Source: Minisyncoccota bacterium (GTDB taxonomy: Bacteria > Patescibacteriota > Minisyncoccia > UBA6257 > 2-01-FULL-56-20). Taken from it: a stretch of 64,000 nt of DNA. The notes under the pieces were generated by a model. The model was not told the DNA's origin. It saw nothing but the letters and a program-made list of their open reading frames with translations, and did no database searches. Positions 27,554-36,972 of this stretch are shown here, one piece after another. Position 1 is the stretch's first letter, and each line of letters opens with the position of its first letter. The DNA is taken from contig DATKNL010000002.1 in the NCBI GenBank assembly GCA_035541435.1, forward strand, positions 3,962 through 67,961, read 5' to 3'. The translations under genes and the position numbers were made by a program.

Positions 27554-29944
27554 CTATTCCCTCAGCCGCCGATAGATGTCGGCCTCAATCGCATGCCGTT
27601 CCTCACCGTATTTCACGCGGGAATACTCCTTCAGCTTCTCGGCGAATACCTTGTCCCCGCCGTTCCACGAGGTCGTTTCGATGCGGATATTGAAGGGTTT
27701 CGACGTCTGGCCATTGATCAGGATCTTCGCATAGGCGTTCAGGTTGTCGATGTTCAGCAGGTCGTTCTGGTCGAAAACCGGCTCGAACTGCTTCACGAGG
27801 AATTCCGCGTCCTGCACGCCGACGCGGAAGACGAGCTGTGAGCCCACGTTCCCGAAGACCGCGTCCTTGATCTTGTCGGTGAGCTGCGCGATGAACTGGT
27901 GAGCCATCGTGAGGTTGAGGCGGTATTTGCGGGCCTCGGACAAAATGGTCGAGATGGAATCGGTCGTGAAGTTCTGGAACTCGTCGATATAGAGGTTGAA
28001 GTCGCGGCGGCGGTCGGCGTCGGCGATGTCGACGCGCGAAAGCGCGGCCATAAGGATCTTGCCGGTGAAGATCATGCCGAGAAGCCCCGCATTGATGTCG
28101 CCGATGCGTCCTTTCGCCAGGTTGATGAGCAGGATCTTGCCGTCGTCCATCACCTCGCGGAAGCTGAACGCCGACTTCGCCTGGCCGATGATCGGCCGCA
28201 TGTAGTCGTTAGAAATGAAGTTGTTGAACTTCGACGTGATGTAGGGCGTCATGTTGGCGAGCGACGCCTCGCCGCCGGCCTTCACGGCCTCCTTTTCCCA
28301 GAAGTCCGCCACGATCGGATTGCGGATGCGCGCGAGCTTGCGCGTGCGGTACGCGGCGTCGGTGAAGACGCGCGGGACCTCCATGAGCGTCGCGGGCTCG
28401 TTCGCCATGTCCTCCATGAGGAGCAGGAGCGCGTTGCGCATGTACTGCTCGAACATCGGCCCCATCGTCTCGGGCGGGAACAGCTTATTGAAGATGCTCT
28501 GCATCTCGTTCACGATGAACGTCTTCTCTTCGGGACGCTCGTGATTGAAGTCGAGCATGTTGAGGCCGAGCGGGCGCGCGAGGTCGCCGGGGTTGAAATA
28601 GATGACGTCGTCGATGCGTTCGCGCGGCACGAACCCGAGCGCGTTCTCGACGAGGTCGCCGTGCGGATCGATGATCGCGACGCCCTTGCCCGCCCGGATG
28701 TCCTCGATGATCATGTTGCCGAGGAGCGTCGACTTGCCCGTGCCGGTCTGGCCGATCACATAGACGTGCCGCCGGCGGTCGTCGTCGGTGATGAAGACCG
28801 GCTTCGCCTGCCCCCTGAACGAGCTCTCGCCGACCTTCAGGCCCCGCTGCGGCAGGTTGTCGGGCGCGGGCGCCTCCTTCGACTTCAGCCATTTCACGTG
28901 CGGCGTCTCGGTCGACGAGATCGGGAAATGATAGAAGCTCGCGATCTCCTCGGCCGAAAGCGTCATCGCCTCGCCGTCGGCGAACAGGCGGTAGATGAAA
29001 TTGTTGATGCAGGATTTCGGGCTGCGCGGCTTCACCACCTTGAACTCGTTGCGCAACGGGCTGGCGAACTGGTTGAATCCGGCTGCCAGGCCGTCCAGGA
29101 TGTCGTCGGCCTGGAAGGGCGATCCCGCCGAGGCGACCAGCCGCACGTTCACCCTGAAGAGCGGCTTCGAGATCTTCATCTGCAGGGCCTTCACGGCCTC
29201 GTCGTCCACCACGCGGTCCTCCTGCTTCTGCTCCTTGGTCTTGGGGTTGAAGACCTCGACGACATCCGACGCCTCGACGGGAAAACCCTTTCCGAACACC
29301 TTTTTCAGCGATTCACCCTTCTTCAGCAGCTTGATGTAGTCCTGAATCGTCTTCTTGAAGCCGCCGGATGCCGGCGTGACGACCATCTGCAGCGCGGCGC
29401 CTTCGCCGACCTCGTTGATCTTCGAAAATGCGCCGATGATCCCCTCGAACGAGTCGATGCCGAGCTCGGCATAGGTCTTCACCGGCAGCGCGAAATTCTC
29501 TTTCTGCAGCAGGAACGCCGCCGCGGTCGCCCCGTGGACGTTGAAGATGTTGAAGTCGTCCTGCACGAGCTCGACGCTCGCGCCGGTCCACAGTCCCTGG
29601 ATCTGCTTCGCGGCGGTCTCGGCGGCGCGCTTCGGCACGCCGATATAGAAATGGATCTCCTCGCCCACGTGCGGCACGGCCATCTCGAAAACGACCGGCT
29701 GCCTGATCGCCGACAGGCCGCCAAGCAGCTGCTCGAAGTGCGCGAGTTCCGCCTTGAAGTCACCGTGTTCGGCGTTGCCGTTGGACGAAGCAGCGGACGC
29801 TCCGCTGCGCGGGATCTTTATGAGAAAAAGCGATGTCCCGAACGATGCGGCAATGCGCCGCCGCGCGATGGAACGCGCGATGAAATAGACGGCAACGCCG
29901 GCAAGCGTTCCGAGAACGACAGAAAAAAGGACGTACAATCCCAT
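27554..29944 (-). CDS. Membrane-anchored TraD/VirB4/DUF87-like P-loop ATPase
   Basis: N-terminal TM; RRHVYVIGQTGTGKST, IIDPHGDL, LYIDEFQNF, EARKYRL. Confidence 0.85.
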   Translation of the reverse strand: MGLYVLFSVVLGTLAGVAVYFIARSIARRRIAASFGTSLFLIKIPRSGASAASSNGNAEHGDFKAELAHFEQLLGGLSAIRQPVVFEMAVPHVGEEIHFYIGVPKRAAETAAKQIQGLWTGASVELVQDDFNIFNVHGATAAAFLLQKENFALPVKTYAELGIDSFEGIIGAFSKINEVGEGAALQMVVTPASGGFKKTIQDYIKLLKKGESLKKVFGKGFPVEASDVVEVFNPKTKEQKQEDRVVDDEAVKALQMKISKPLFRVNVRLVASAGSPFQADDILDGLAAGFNQFASPLRNEFKVVKPRSPKSCINNFIYRLFADGEAMTLSAEEIASFYHFPISSTETPHVKWLKSKEAPAPDNLPQRGLKVGESSFRGQAKPVFITDDDRRRHVYVIGQTGTGKSTLLGNMIIEDIRAGKGVAIIDPHGDLVENALGFVPRERIDDVIYFNPGDLARPLGLNMLDFNHERPEEKTFIVNEMQSIFNKLFPPETMGPMFEQYMRNALLLLMEDMANEPATLMEVPRVFTDAAYRTRKLARIRNPIVADFWEKEAVKAGGEASLANMTPYITSKFNNFISNDYMRPIIGQAKSAFSFREVMDDGKILLINLAKGRIGDINAGLLGMIFTGKILMAALSRVDIADADRRRDFNLYIDEFQNFTTDSISTILSEARKYRLNLTMAHQFIAQLTDKIKDAVFGNVGSQLVFRVGVQDAEFLVKQFEPVFDQNDLLNIDNLNAYAKILINGQTSKPFNIRIETTSWNGGDKVFAEKLKEYSRVKYGEERHAIEADIYRRLRE

Positions 29945-29990
29945 CAATTCATTCTATCACAGCGATCCGCCCGCGATCCGGCGCGGTCCG

Positions 29991-30401
29991 CTATTTGACG
30001 ATGCCGCGGCGCTGCAATTCGGGATACAGGCGGCCGGCGAGCGCGTCATGAAACGCGTCCTGGACGAAGTACGGCGACTTGGCCGACTCGTCGAACGCCT
30101 TGCCGATCCCCTGCTTCAGGGCGACATCGATGAGGTATTCGATCTCGAGCTTCGTTTCGGGCGATGCGGCGTCGGCATAGGCAGGCAGCGGTCCCTGCGC
30201 CGTCGGCGCGGCGTTCGCCGGTGCGGCCTGCTGCGGGCGCGGGACGGGGGCAAGCGCGCGGAGCGATTCGCGGATCAGGTCCTGCTCGCTCGCGCTCTGC
30301 ATCTCAGGCGCCTCGCGGTGTTTCTCGATCTCGGCCGCAAGCTGCCGCATGTCGGACTCGAGCGCCTGTTCGAAACTGAACGAATTGGGTGCGTCACTCA
30401 T
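29991..30401 (-). CDS. Hypothetical protein
   Basis: Good codon bias; DAFHDAL C-terminal motif; directly upstream of the ATPase. Confidence 0.7.
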   Translation of the reverse strand: MSDAPNSFSFEQALESDMRQLAAEIEKHREAPEMQSASEQDLIRESLRALAPVPRPQQAAPANAAPTAQGPLPAYADAASPETKLEIEYLIDVALKQGIGKAFDESAKSPYFVQDAFHDALAGRLYPELQRRGIVK

Positions 30402-30414
30402 ATATAATAGAGGT

Positions 30415-31899
30415 ATGTCGAAACGGATGCGCGTGGGGCTGGTTGCGGTTGTCCTCATTATAGCAGCCTTCCTGCGGTTCTACCATTTCACCTCGACGCC
30501 GCCCGGCCTGTATCCCGACGAGGCCATGGACGGCAACAATGCCGCCGAGGCTGCGGCCACCGGTCACTTCCAGGTCTTCTATCCCGAAGACAACGGCCGC
30601 GAGGGGCTCTATGTCAACCTGATCGCGCTATTCCTGAAGGCCTGGCCGATCCATGAGCCATGGGTCGTGAGACTACCGGCCGCCGTCGCCGGAACGCTCA
30701 CCGTGCTCGGCCTCTATCTGCTCGCGGCGGAACTCTTCGGTTTCGAAACAGGCCTGCTCGCCGCTTTTCTGCTCGCCACGTCGTTCTGGCACATCGATTT
30801 CTCGCGCGTCGGATTCCGCGCGATTCTCGCGCCGCTCTTTCTCACCTGGTCATTTTATTGGCTGCTGAAAAGTTTCCACAGGCAGCGGCGCGGACGACCC
30901 GCATATGGCTTTGCCGCCCTGGCCGGCATCGCCTATGGCCTCGGCTTCTGTAGCTATATCGCCTATCGGGTGACGCCGCTGCTCTTCCTGCTCTTCATTC
31001 CGTTCTTCGCGCGCCGCGAGGGATTCATGAAAAAGACGGCGGTCTTCATCGTCTGCACGTTCATCGTTGCCGCGCCGCTCGGCTATTATTTCGTCGCTCA
31101 TCCCGCTGACTTCTTCGGCCGCACGTCCGAGATCGCGGTGACGAACGGCGCGAATCCGGCGCGCGACTTCGCCGTCAACCTGGCAAAGACGTTCCTCATG
31201 TTCAACGTCAAGGGCGATGGGAACTGGCGGCACAACATAAGCGGCGCGCCGGAGCTCATCTGGCCCGTCGGCCTGCTTTTTATTCTCGGCATTGGCATCG
31301 CCGCCGCGGCGCTCGCAAGGCGACGGAAAGAACGCGCGGGGACGGAAACCCGCAGCGACAACGAACGCTTCGGCCTCTGGCTCGCCGTCTCATGGCTCAT
31401 CCTCGCGGCGATCCCGGCAGCGGCGTCGAACGAGAGCATCCCGCACGCGCTCCGTTCGATCCTCATGCTCCCGCCCGCCATCATGCTGGCCGCGATCGGC
31501 GGCATCTGGCTCTATCGCCTGCTGTCGACCCACGGCCACCTGCGCGCGGCGCGCGTGATGGGTGCGCTTTTCCTGGTCGCCATGGCGCTCGTCGCCTATT
31601 ATGACTATTTCGTCGTGTGGGGCGAAAACCCGAACGTCGCGGGCGCGTTCAATGAGAATTACGTGGACATCGGCCGGGCGATCAACCGGCTGCCGGCGTC
31701 GACGCCGAAATACGTGATCGTGAGCGCGGGCGACGTCTTCGCGCGCGGCGTTCCCGTCATGGCCGAGACGACGATGTTCATGACCGATTCCTTCACGGCC
31801 GAGGGCCAAGCGGCGAAAAATATTCATTATCTTTTACCGAGCCAAACCGGCTCGATCCCTCCGGGAACGCCATCAAGTTCGGTTTTCAACATCAACTGA
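30415..31899 (+). CDS. GT-C fold glycosyltransferase (ArnT/PMT, GT39/83-like)
   Basis: LRF..PPGLYPDEA, VRLPAAVAG, SFWHIDFSR; many TM helices. Confidence 0.85.
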   Translation: MSKRMRVGLVAVVLIIAAFLRFYHFTSTPPGLYPDEAMDGNNAAEAAATGHFQVFYPEDNGREGLYVNLIALFLKAWPIHEPWVVRLPAAVAGTLTVLGLYLLAAELFGFETGLLAAFLLATSFWHIDFSRVGFRAILAPLFLTWSFYWLLKSFHRQRRGRPAYGFAALAGIAYGLGFCSYIAYRVTPLLFLLFIPFFARREGFMKKTAVFIVCTFIVAAPLGYYFVAHPADFFGRTSEIAVTNGANPARDFAVNLAKTFLMFNVKGDGNWRHNISGAPELIWPVGLLFILGIGIAAAALARRRKERAGTETRSDNERFGLWLAVSWLILAAIPAAASNESIPHALRSILMLPPAIMLAAIGGIWLYRLLSTHGHLRAARVMGALFLVAMALVAYYDYFVVWGENPNVAGAFNENYVDIGRAINRLPASTPKYVIVSAGDVFARGVPVMAETTMFMTDSFTAEGQAAKNIHYLLPSQTGSIPPGTPSSSVFNIN

Positions 31900-31924
31900 A
31901 TCCCGCATCCCGTATACTGAAGGC

Positions 31925-32890
31925 ATGCCCATCGTCACCCTGATGGTCCTCGCGCCGGTCCTCACGGAACTCGTGACCGGCAGCACGCCGGTCATCGGGC
32001 TCCTCAGTCCCTTTTCGCTCATCCTGCTTTTCATCGGCTATAGCGTGCCGGTTGTCCTGATCCGCGACTATGTCGTGCGGAACCGGATCGGCTTCGCCGG
32101 AACGTTCGCGATCGGCTTCGCCTTCGGCGTCTATAACGAGGGCCTGTTGGCGAAGACGCTTATCATCGCGCACAACCTGCCGATCAAGCAGTTCGACCAG
32201 TACGGCGTGATCGGCGGCGTCAACGTTCCCTGGATGCTCACGATCTGCCTCTATCACGCGCTTGCAGCCGTCTTCCTGCCGATCCTCTTCACCCATGCGC
32301 GCTATCCGGAAGCGGCCGCGCGCCCGTGGCTCGGCAAGAAGCTCGCGATCGGACTCGCGGTCGGGCTTGTCGCGCTTGCGTCGTTCAGCTTCATGAGCTC
32401 CTTCGTGACGCGGGGAACCGGCGGCGAACTCGTGTCGCTCCTCGCCGTCATGGCGCTCTGCGTCATCCTCGCGCGGCGCTCGCATGAGCATCCCTTCGAC
32501 GAACCCGCGCCCGGCGCCGCACCGACCATGAAGGCGTTCTGGCTCGGCATCAGCACCCTGGTCGCCTTCTTCGTTTTGCCGCCGCTCGCCGCAAGCCATG
32601 TTTCGCTGCTCATCTATTTCGCGATCGTCGCCGCGGCCGCCTGGTTCTATGTCCGCCTGCTGCACCGGTCCGTTCCCTTTACCCGCGACAACGTCATCCT
32701 GTTCGGCCTCGGCTTCTATGTCCAGTCGGCGACGTTCGGCGGACTGCTCGGACTTTCGATCGGCAGCATCGACCGCGTCCTCACGGCCGTCGCGCTCGAC
32801 GTCGCGCTCATCTGGGCCGCGCGGCGCGTCGTGCGCAACGCAAAAACGGCGCCTGTCGCGATGACGGCGCCGTCTGGCCCTGCGGCCTGA
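31925..32890 (+). CDS. Hypothetical multi-pass membrane protein
   Basis: About 9-10 TM segments; TATACT 6 nt before ATG. Confidence 0.7.
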   Translation: MPIVTLMVLAPVLTELVTGSTPVIGLLSPFSLILLFIGYSVPVVLIRDYVVRNRIGFAGTFAIGFAFGVYNEGLLAKTLIIAHNLPIKQFDQYGVIGGVNVPWMLTICLYHALAAVFLPILFTHARYPEAAARPWLGKKLAIGLAVGLVALASFSFMSSFVTRGTGGELVSLLAVMALCVILARRSHEHPFDEPAPGAAPTMKAFWLGISTLVAFFVLPPLAASHVSLLIYFAIVAAAAWFYVRLLHRSVPFTRDNVILFGLGFYVQSATFGGLLGLSIGSIDRVLTAVALDVALIWAARRVVRNAKTAPVAMTAPSGPAA

Positions 32891-32903
32891 TTGGCGAAAA
32901 GGC

Positions 32904-33365
32904 TTATTTGATCTCGACGATCTGATAGGTCGCGCTGCCGGCCGGCGTCGCGACGTTCACGCTCTCGCCGACGCGGCGCTTGAGGAACGCGCGGCCGAGC
33001 GGCGACTCGTCCGAGATGCGGCCGTCCTCGGGCTTCGCCTCGTAAGGGCCGACGATCGTATAGGTCGAGACCTTCTCGCCCTTCTTCACGATCACGGTGG
33101 AACCGACCTGCACCGAATCGGCATGGTCGGCCTTCTCGATGATGGAGGCGTTCTTCACGAGCTCTTCGAGTTCGGCGATGCGCGTCTCGACGTTCGCCTG
33201 CTCCTCGCGGGCTTCGGCGTATTCCGAGTTCTCGGAAAGGTCGCCGTATTCCTTCGCCTGCTTCAGGCGCTGCGCGACTTCGAGGCGGCGCTTGTTCTTG
33301 AGCTCCTCGAGTTCCAGCTTGAACTCCTCGAGGCGTTCCTTCGTGACGTACTGCTTGCTGTTCAT
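32904..33365 (-). CDS. greA: Transcription elongation factor GreA
   Basis: YGDLSENSEY, ISDESPLGRA. Confidence 0.95.
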   Translation of the reverse strand: MNSKQYVTKERLEEFKLELEELKNKRRLEVAQRLKQAKEYGDLSENSEYAEAREEQANVETRIAELEELVKNASIIEKADHADSVQVGSTVIVKKGEKVSTYTIVGPYEAKPEDGRISDESPLGRAFLKRRVGESVNVATPAGSATYQIVEIK

Positions 33366-33425
33366 GGGTTCTTGGTTATATAAATTCCGGCTTCTTGGCC
33401 GGAACGCGACGTTTTTTCCCTTGTT

Positions 33426-34184
33426 TCAGGCTGGCGGCTGGGACGGGGTCGCCGCGGCAAGCGGATACCCTCCCCTCCACAGCCATAGCCGTATTTTAAT
33501 GAGGTCCCGCAGAAATTGCAAACCGGACGAGAAGCGCACATGGGACCGGGCGTCGTTCGCCCAGCGGACCGGCACCTCTTTGACCGCGAAGCCCATGGCC
33601 CGGGCGAGCGCCAGCGCCTCGACGTCGAACCCCCACCCGACGATCTTCGACTGGTTGAAGACCCGTTCGGCGGCCTCGTCCGTGAACGCTTTGAAGCCGC
33701 ACTGGGTGTCCCAGATGCCGGGCACGAGGAGCGCCTGCACGATGAGGTTGAGGCCCTTGCCCGCAAGCTGGCGGCCGAAGGATTCCGGTGGGTCGAGCCG
33801 CGCGCCCTTCACCGCGCGCGACCCGATGACGACGCCGTAGCCCTGCTTGAAGAGCGGCATCATGGCGTCGAACTGGTCGATCGTCGTCGAGTTGTCGGCG
33901 TCGGCGAAGAGCCGCACCTTGCCGGACGAAAGGAGCATGCCCTGCCGCACCGCGCCGCCCTTGCCCTGGTTGTCCTTGAGGTCGATGAGCTTGAGGTTGC
34001 GCACGATCTTCGTCATGTTGCGCACGACGTCGGCGGTCGCGTCCTTCGAGCCGTCGTTCACGACGACGATCTCATAGGAATAGGGGGCGCCCTCAAGGCG
34101 CCGGTCCATGTCGACGAGGGTCTGCGGGATGCGCTCGGCCTCGTTGTATGCCGGGATGATGATCGAGAGGTACGGCTGCGCCAT
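33426..34184 (-). CDS. GT2 polyprenol-phosphate glycosyltransferase (DPM/ALG5-like)
   Basis: SIIIPAYNE, VNDGSKD, NQGKGGAV, FADAD, DTQCGFK, GFDVE. Confidence 0.9.
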   Translation of the reverse strand: MAQPYLSIIIPAYNEAERIPQTLVDMDRRLEGAPYSYEIVVVNDGSKDATADVVRNMTKIVRNLKLIDLKDNQGKGGAVRQGMLLSSGKVRLFADADNSTTIDQFDAMMPLFKQGYGVVIGSRAVKGARLDPPESFGRQLAGKGLNLIVQALLVPGIWDTQCGFKAFTDEAAERVFNQSKIVGWGFDVEALALARAMGFAVKEVPVRWANDARSHVRFSSGLQFLRDLIKIRLWLWRGGYPLAAATPSQPPA

Positions 34185-34210
34185 ATCCCTCAGTATAGCA
34201 GACGGCGGCG

Positions 34211-34969
34211 CTACTTCGTGAGGATGCGCGGTCCCTTCGCGGTGATCGCGACCGTGTGCTCGAAGTGCGCGGCGAGCGACCCGTCGCCCGTGCCATAGCT
34301 CTCGTCGAGCAGCTGGCGGATCGCGCCGCCGCCCATCGCGACCATCGGCTCGATCGCGAGCACCATGCCGGCCTCGAGGTCGTCGCCCTGGCCCCTGCGG
34401 CCCATGTTGAACACGGTCGGGTCGTCGTGCAGGACCTCGCCGATGCCGTGGCCCGTGAGGCCCTCGACGACGGCGAACCCGGCCTTCTCGATCGCCTTCT
34501 GGATCGCATGGCCGATGTCGCCGGTCGTCTTGCCGGGCTTCGCCTCTTTGATGCCGGCGGCGAGCGCGGCCTTGGTCGTTTCGATGAGCTTTGTCGCGCG
34601 CCTGCCGATGTCGCCCACGGCGACCGTGATCGCCGCGTCGAGATAGAGTCCCTGATGTTTGAGCCCGAGGTCGAGCTTCACGAGGTCGCCTTCGCGGATC
34701 TTATAGGCGGACGGCTGCCCGTGCACGACGACGTCGTTCACCGACGCGCAGAGCGTGTAGGGATAGGCCTTCTTCGCGCCGGCGGGACGGTAATGCAGAA
34801 ACGCCGGCTTGGCTCCGGCTTCGACGATCATGGTGCGGGCCAGGCGGTCGAGCTCGATCGTCGCGACGCCCGGTTTCGCCTCGCGTTCAAGCGCCCGCAG
34901 GACGTCCGCGAGGATCGCGCCGCCCTCGGCCATCACCTCGATCTCACGCGCGGTCCTTAACGTGGCCAT
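34211..34969 (-). CDS. map: Methionine aminopeptidase type I
   Basis: SVNDVVVHG, GHGIG, LAIEPMV, AAHFEHT. Confidence 0.95.
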   Translation of the reverse strand: MATLRTAREIEVMAEGGAILADVLRALEREAKPGVATIELDRLARTMIVEAGAKPAFLHYRPAGAKKAYPYTLCASVNDVVVHGQPSAYKIREGDLVKLDLGLKHQGLYLDAAITVAVGDIGRRATKLIETTKAALAAGIKEAKPGKTTGDIGHAIQKAIEKAGFAVVEGLTGHGIGEVLHDDPTVFNMGRRGQGDDLEAGMVLAIEPMVAMGGGAIRQLLDESYGTGDGSLAAHFEHTVAITAKGPRILTK

Positions 34970-35624
34970 AAATATGCTCCATCACTTGATACGGCGCCGG
35001 ACGCGCATCGACGCGGTGCAGGTTGTAGCCGTGCTTCTTCACGTAATCGATGATCGGGAACGTCCGTTCCTCGTATTCCTTCAGCCGCACCTTGATCACG
35101 CTCGGCTTGTCGAGGCTGCGTTTATAGAACGATCCCGCGCAGACCGGGCAGTGCTCAGGCTTGCGATGCGGATAGAACCGGGTGAGCAGCAGGTAGCCGC
35201 AGCTTTTGCAGACCATCCGCGCGCCGTTGCGGCGGATCGACTCCGACGGCGGCACCTCGAGCACGAAGACGTTGACCTTCTTCTTGCCGTACAGCTTCTC
35301 GAACAAGGGATAGAGCTTTTTCGCCTCGTACATCGTGCGCGGCGAGCCGCTCAGCACCATCCCCCATCCCGCCTTCGCGATGCGCCGCGCCTCGCGCATC
35401 ACCTCGCCCGTCACGAAGCTCGGCGTCATGAGCTTGCCGCCGTCGAACAGCGCCCGCTCGCGGCGGACGACCTTCTCGTGCTGCCGGTCAGGGTCGTGCA
35501 CGATCGACTCGAGGAACCTGCCGGTGTCGAAATGGATGAGGTCCAGCTTGCTTGCAAGCAGGTTTGCCTGGGTCCCTTTCCCGGCGCCCGGGGGACCATA
35601 GAGGACGACGACGATTTTGCGCAT
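34944..35624 (-). CDS. adk: Adenylate kinase-like NMP kinase with Zn-type LID
   Basis: GPPGAGKGTQA, CKSC..CPVC, position between secY and map; start re-called behind TATAAT. Confidence 0.8.
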   Translation of the reverse strand: MRKIVVVLYGPPGAGKGTQANLLASKLDLIHFDTGRFLESIVHDPDRQHEKVVRRERALFDGGKLMTPSFVTGEVMREARRIAKAGWGMVLSGSPRTMYEAKKLYPLFEKLYGKKKVNVFVLEVPPSESIRRNGARMVCKSCGYLLLTRFYPHRKPEHCPVCAGSFYKRSLDKPSVIKVRLKEYEERTFPIIDYVKKHGYNLHRVDARPAPYQVMEHIYGHVKDRA

Positions 35625-35708
35625 GATCACATTATAGCGGAAAAATCCCAGGTTGAACATTCGCCGGCGAAGGAGTATGATGAGGCAGCCATTGAGGAGT
35701 GGCAATGC

Positions 35709-35958
35709 ATGAACAAAGCACGTTTGCTCATGACGGCTGCGACCGAAGATGGCTCATGGCGCTTCTCCGCAATTCCGCATGCAAAACGGAATTGCAAGCT
35801 ATGCCAAAGGCTTAGCTGAAATGCGAAGGGAGCTCGTCTTCCTCCGCACGCATGGATGCATCGTCATTCGGCGCCCGCATGAAATTGTCCGCCTCGAACA
35901 AGAGGCTGCGACACTCAGGCGCGCGTGGATTGGCCCACCGTCCGAAACCGAGCGCTAG
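35709..35958 (+). pseudogene. Small orphan split into two short frames (possible frameshift)
   Basis: TTGAAC-17-TATGAT and GAGGAG, then a 36-aa ORF whose stop is 1 nt before a 45-aa ORF; terminator at 35970-36003. Confidence 0.3.
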
Positions 35959-36054
35959 GCGCTCATCGCCCGGCAGAGGGAACCTCCCCTGCCGGCTTTT
36001 TTTATGCAAAAAAAACGGGCGCATCCTGGTTGGGATGCGCCTTTTCCTGAAGGC

Positions 36055-36831
36055 CTATTCGACGGTGACGGTCGTCGTCCGATAGCCGTCATGCTGGGCC
36101 TCGCTGCTCGAAACCCTGCGATAGGGCCCGTACTCGATGCGTGTCGGCTCGCCGTCCGAACCGGGACGCACCGTCACGCTCGGGCGGACCGTCTGGTTGG
36201 ACGGAGCGGCCGGCGACACGGGAGCGGCGGCCGGTGCGGGAACGGGCGTCGGGACGAGACTGGCCGGCTGCGGATCGTCGTAATAATGGCGATGCCTCCG
36301 GAGTAGCCAGGCGATCCCGAGCGCGATCGCAACGACGATAAACAGCAACCCGAGGATCAGCGCGATGAACACGACGAGTCGAAACAAATCCCACGCGAGC
36401 TCGTCGAAAAACCACCATGCCGGATACGAACCATTCGAAGATGCGGCCTGACTGATGACGCGCCCGTTGAAGGTCAGCTGCGGAGGCGGCGTCTCGCTCG
36501 TTGTATGATCGGCGGCGCCCGCCACGGAAGCCAAACGGTTCCCGCAGCTCTCCTTATAGACCGGATCGCCCTTCTCGTCCGCGAGGACGAGCGTTCCGGC
36601 CGGAATCGTCTCAAGGACGAACCGATGGGCGTCCTCATGCCAGTTGAGCATGGTCGTCGTATGCGCGAGCGCCACGGGTCTCAGTCCCCGCGCCGCCATT
36701 TCGGTTACGGTGAGCGGCTTCTTGAGCAAGGGGTATTTCTGTAGGTCGATGCCGTCCGGCATCGCCTCGTACTGACCCATCGCCATGACGCTTACCGCGC
36801 AGAACAGCAGCAGGACTGCGGTCGTTCTCAT
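36055..36831 (-). CDS. Hypothetical exported/membrane protein with Pro-rich tail
   Basis: Signal peptide, one long TM; TTGACA-16-TATAAT promoter and AAGGAG. Confidence 0.7.
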   Translation of the reverse strand: MRTTAVLLLFCAVSVMAMGQYEAMPDGIDLQKYPLLKKPLTVTEMAARGLRPVALAHTTTMLNWHEDAHRFVLETIPAGTLVLADEKGDPVYKESCGNRLASVAGAADHTTSETPPPQLTFNGRVISQAASSNGSYPAWWFFDELAWDLFRLVVFIALILGLLFIVVAIALGIAWLLRRHRHYYDDPQPASLVPTPVPAPAAAPVSPAAPSNQTVRPSVTVRPGSDGEPTRIEYGPYRRVSSSEAQHDGYRTTTVTVE

Positions 36832-36972
36832 ATCGCTCTCTCCTTCGTTCCCTATGCGGTGAACTGGCTATATTATACTATATATTTATTATTTGTCAAT
36901 ATAAGCCCATTCGCGCACAAAAAAACCGCCATCCTCGGGGAAGGCAGTCTTTATGGGGGCTGCAACCCCTTC

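Noticed and set aside
27554-29944. Conjugative element
   Set aside because: No relaxase, oriT or other T4SS genes; host-like composition.
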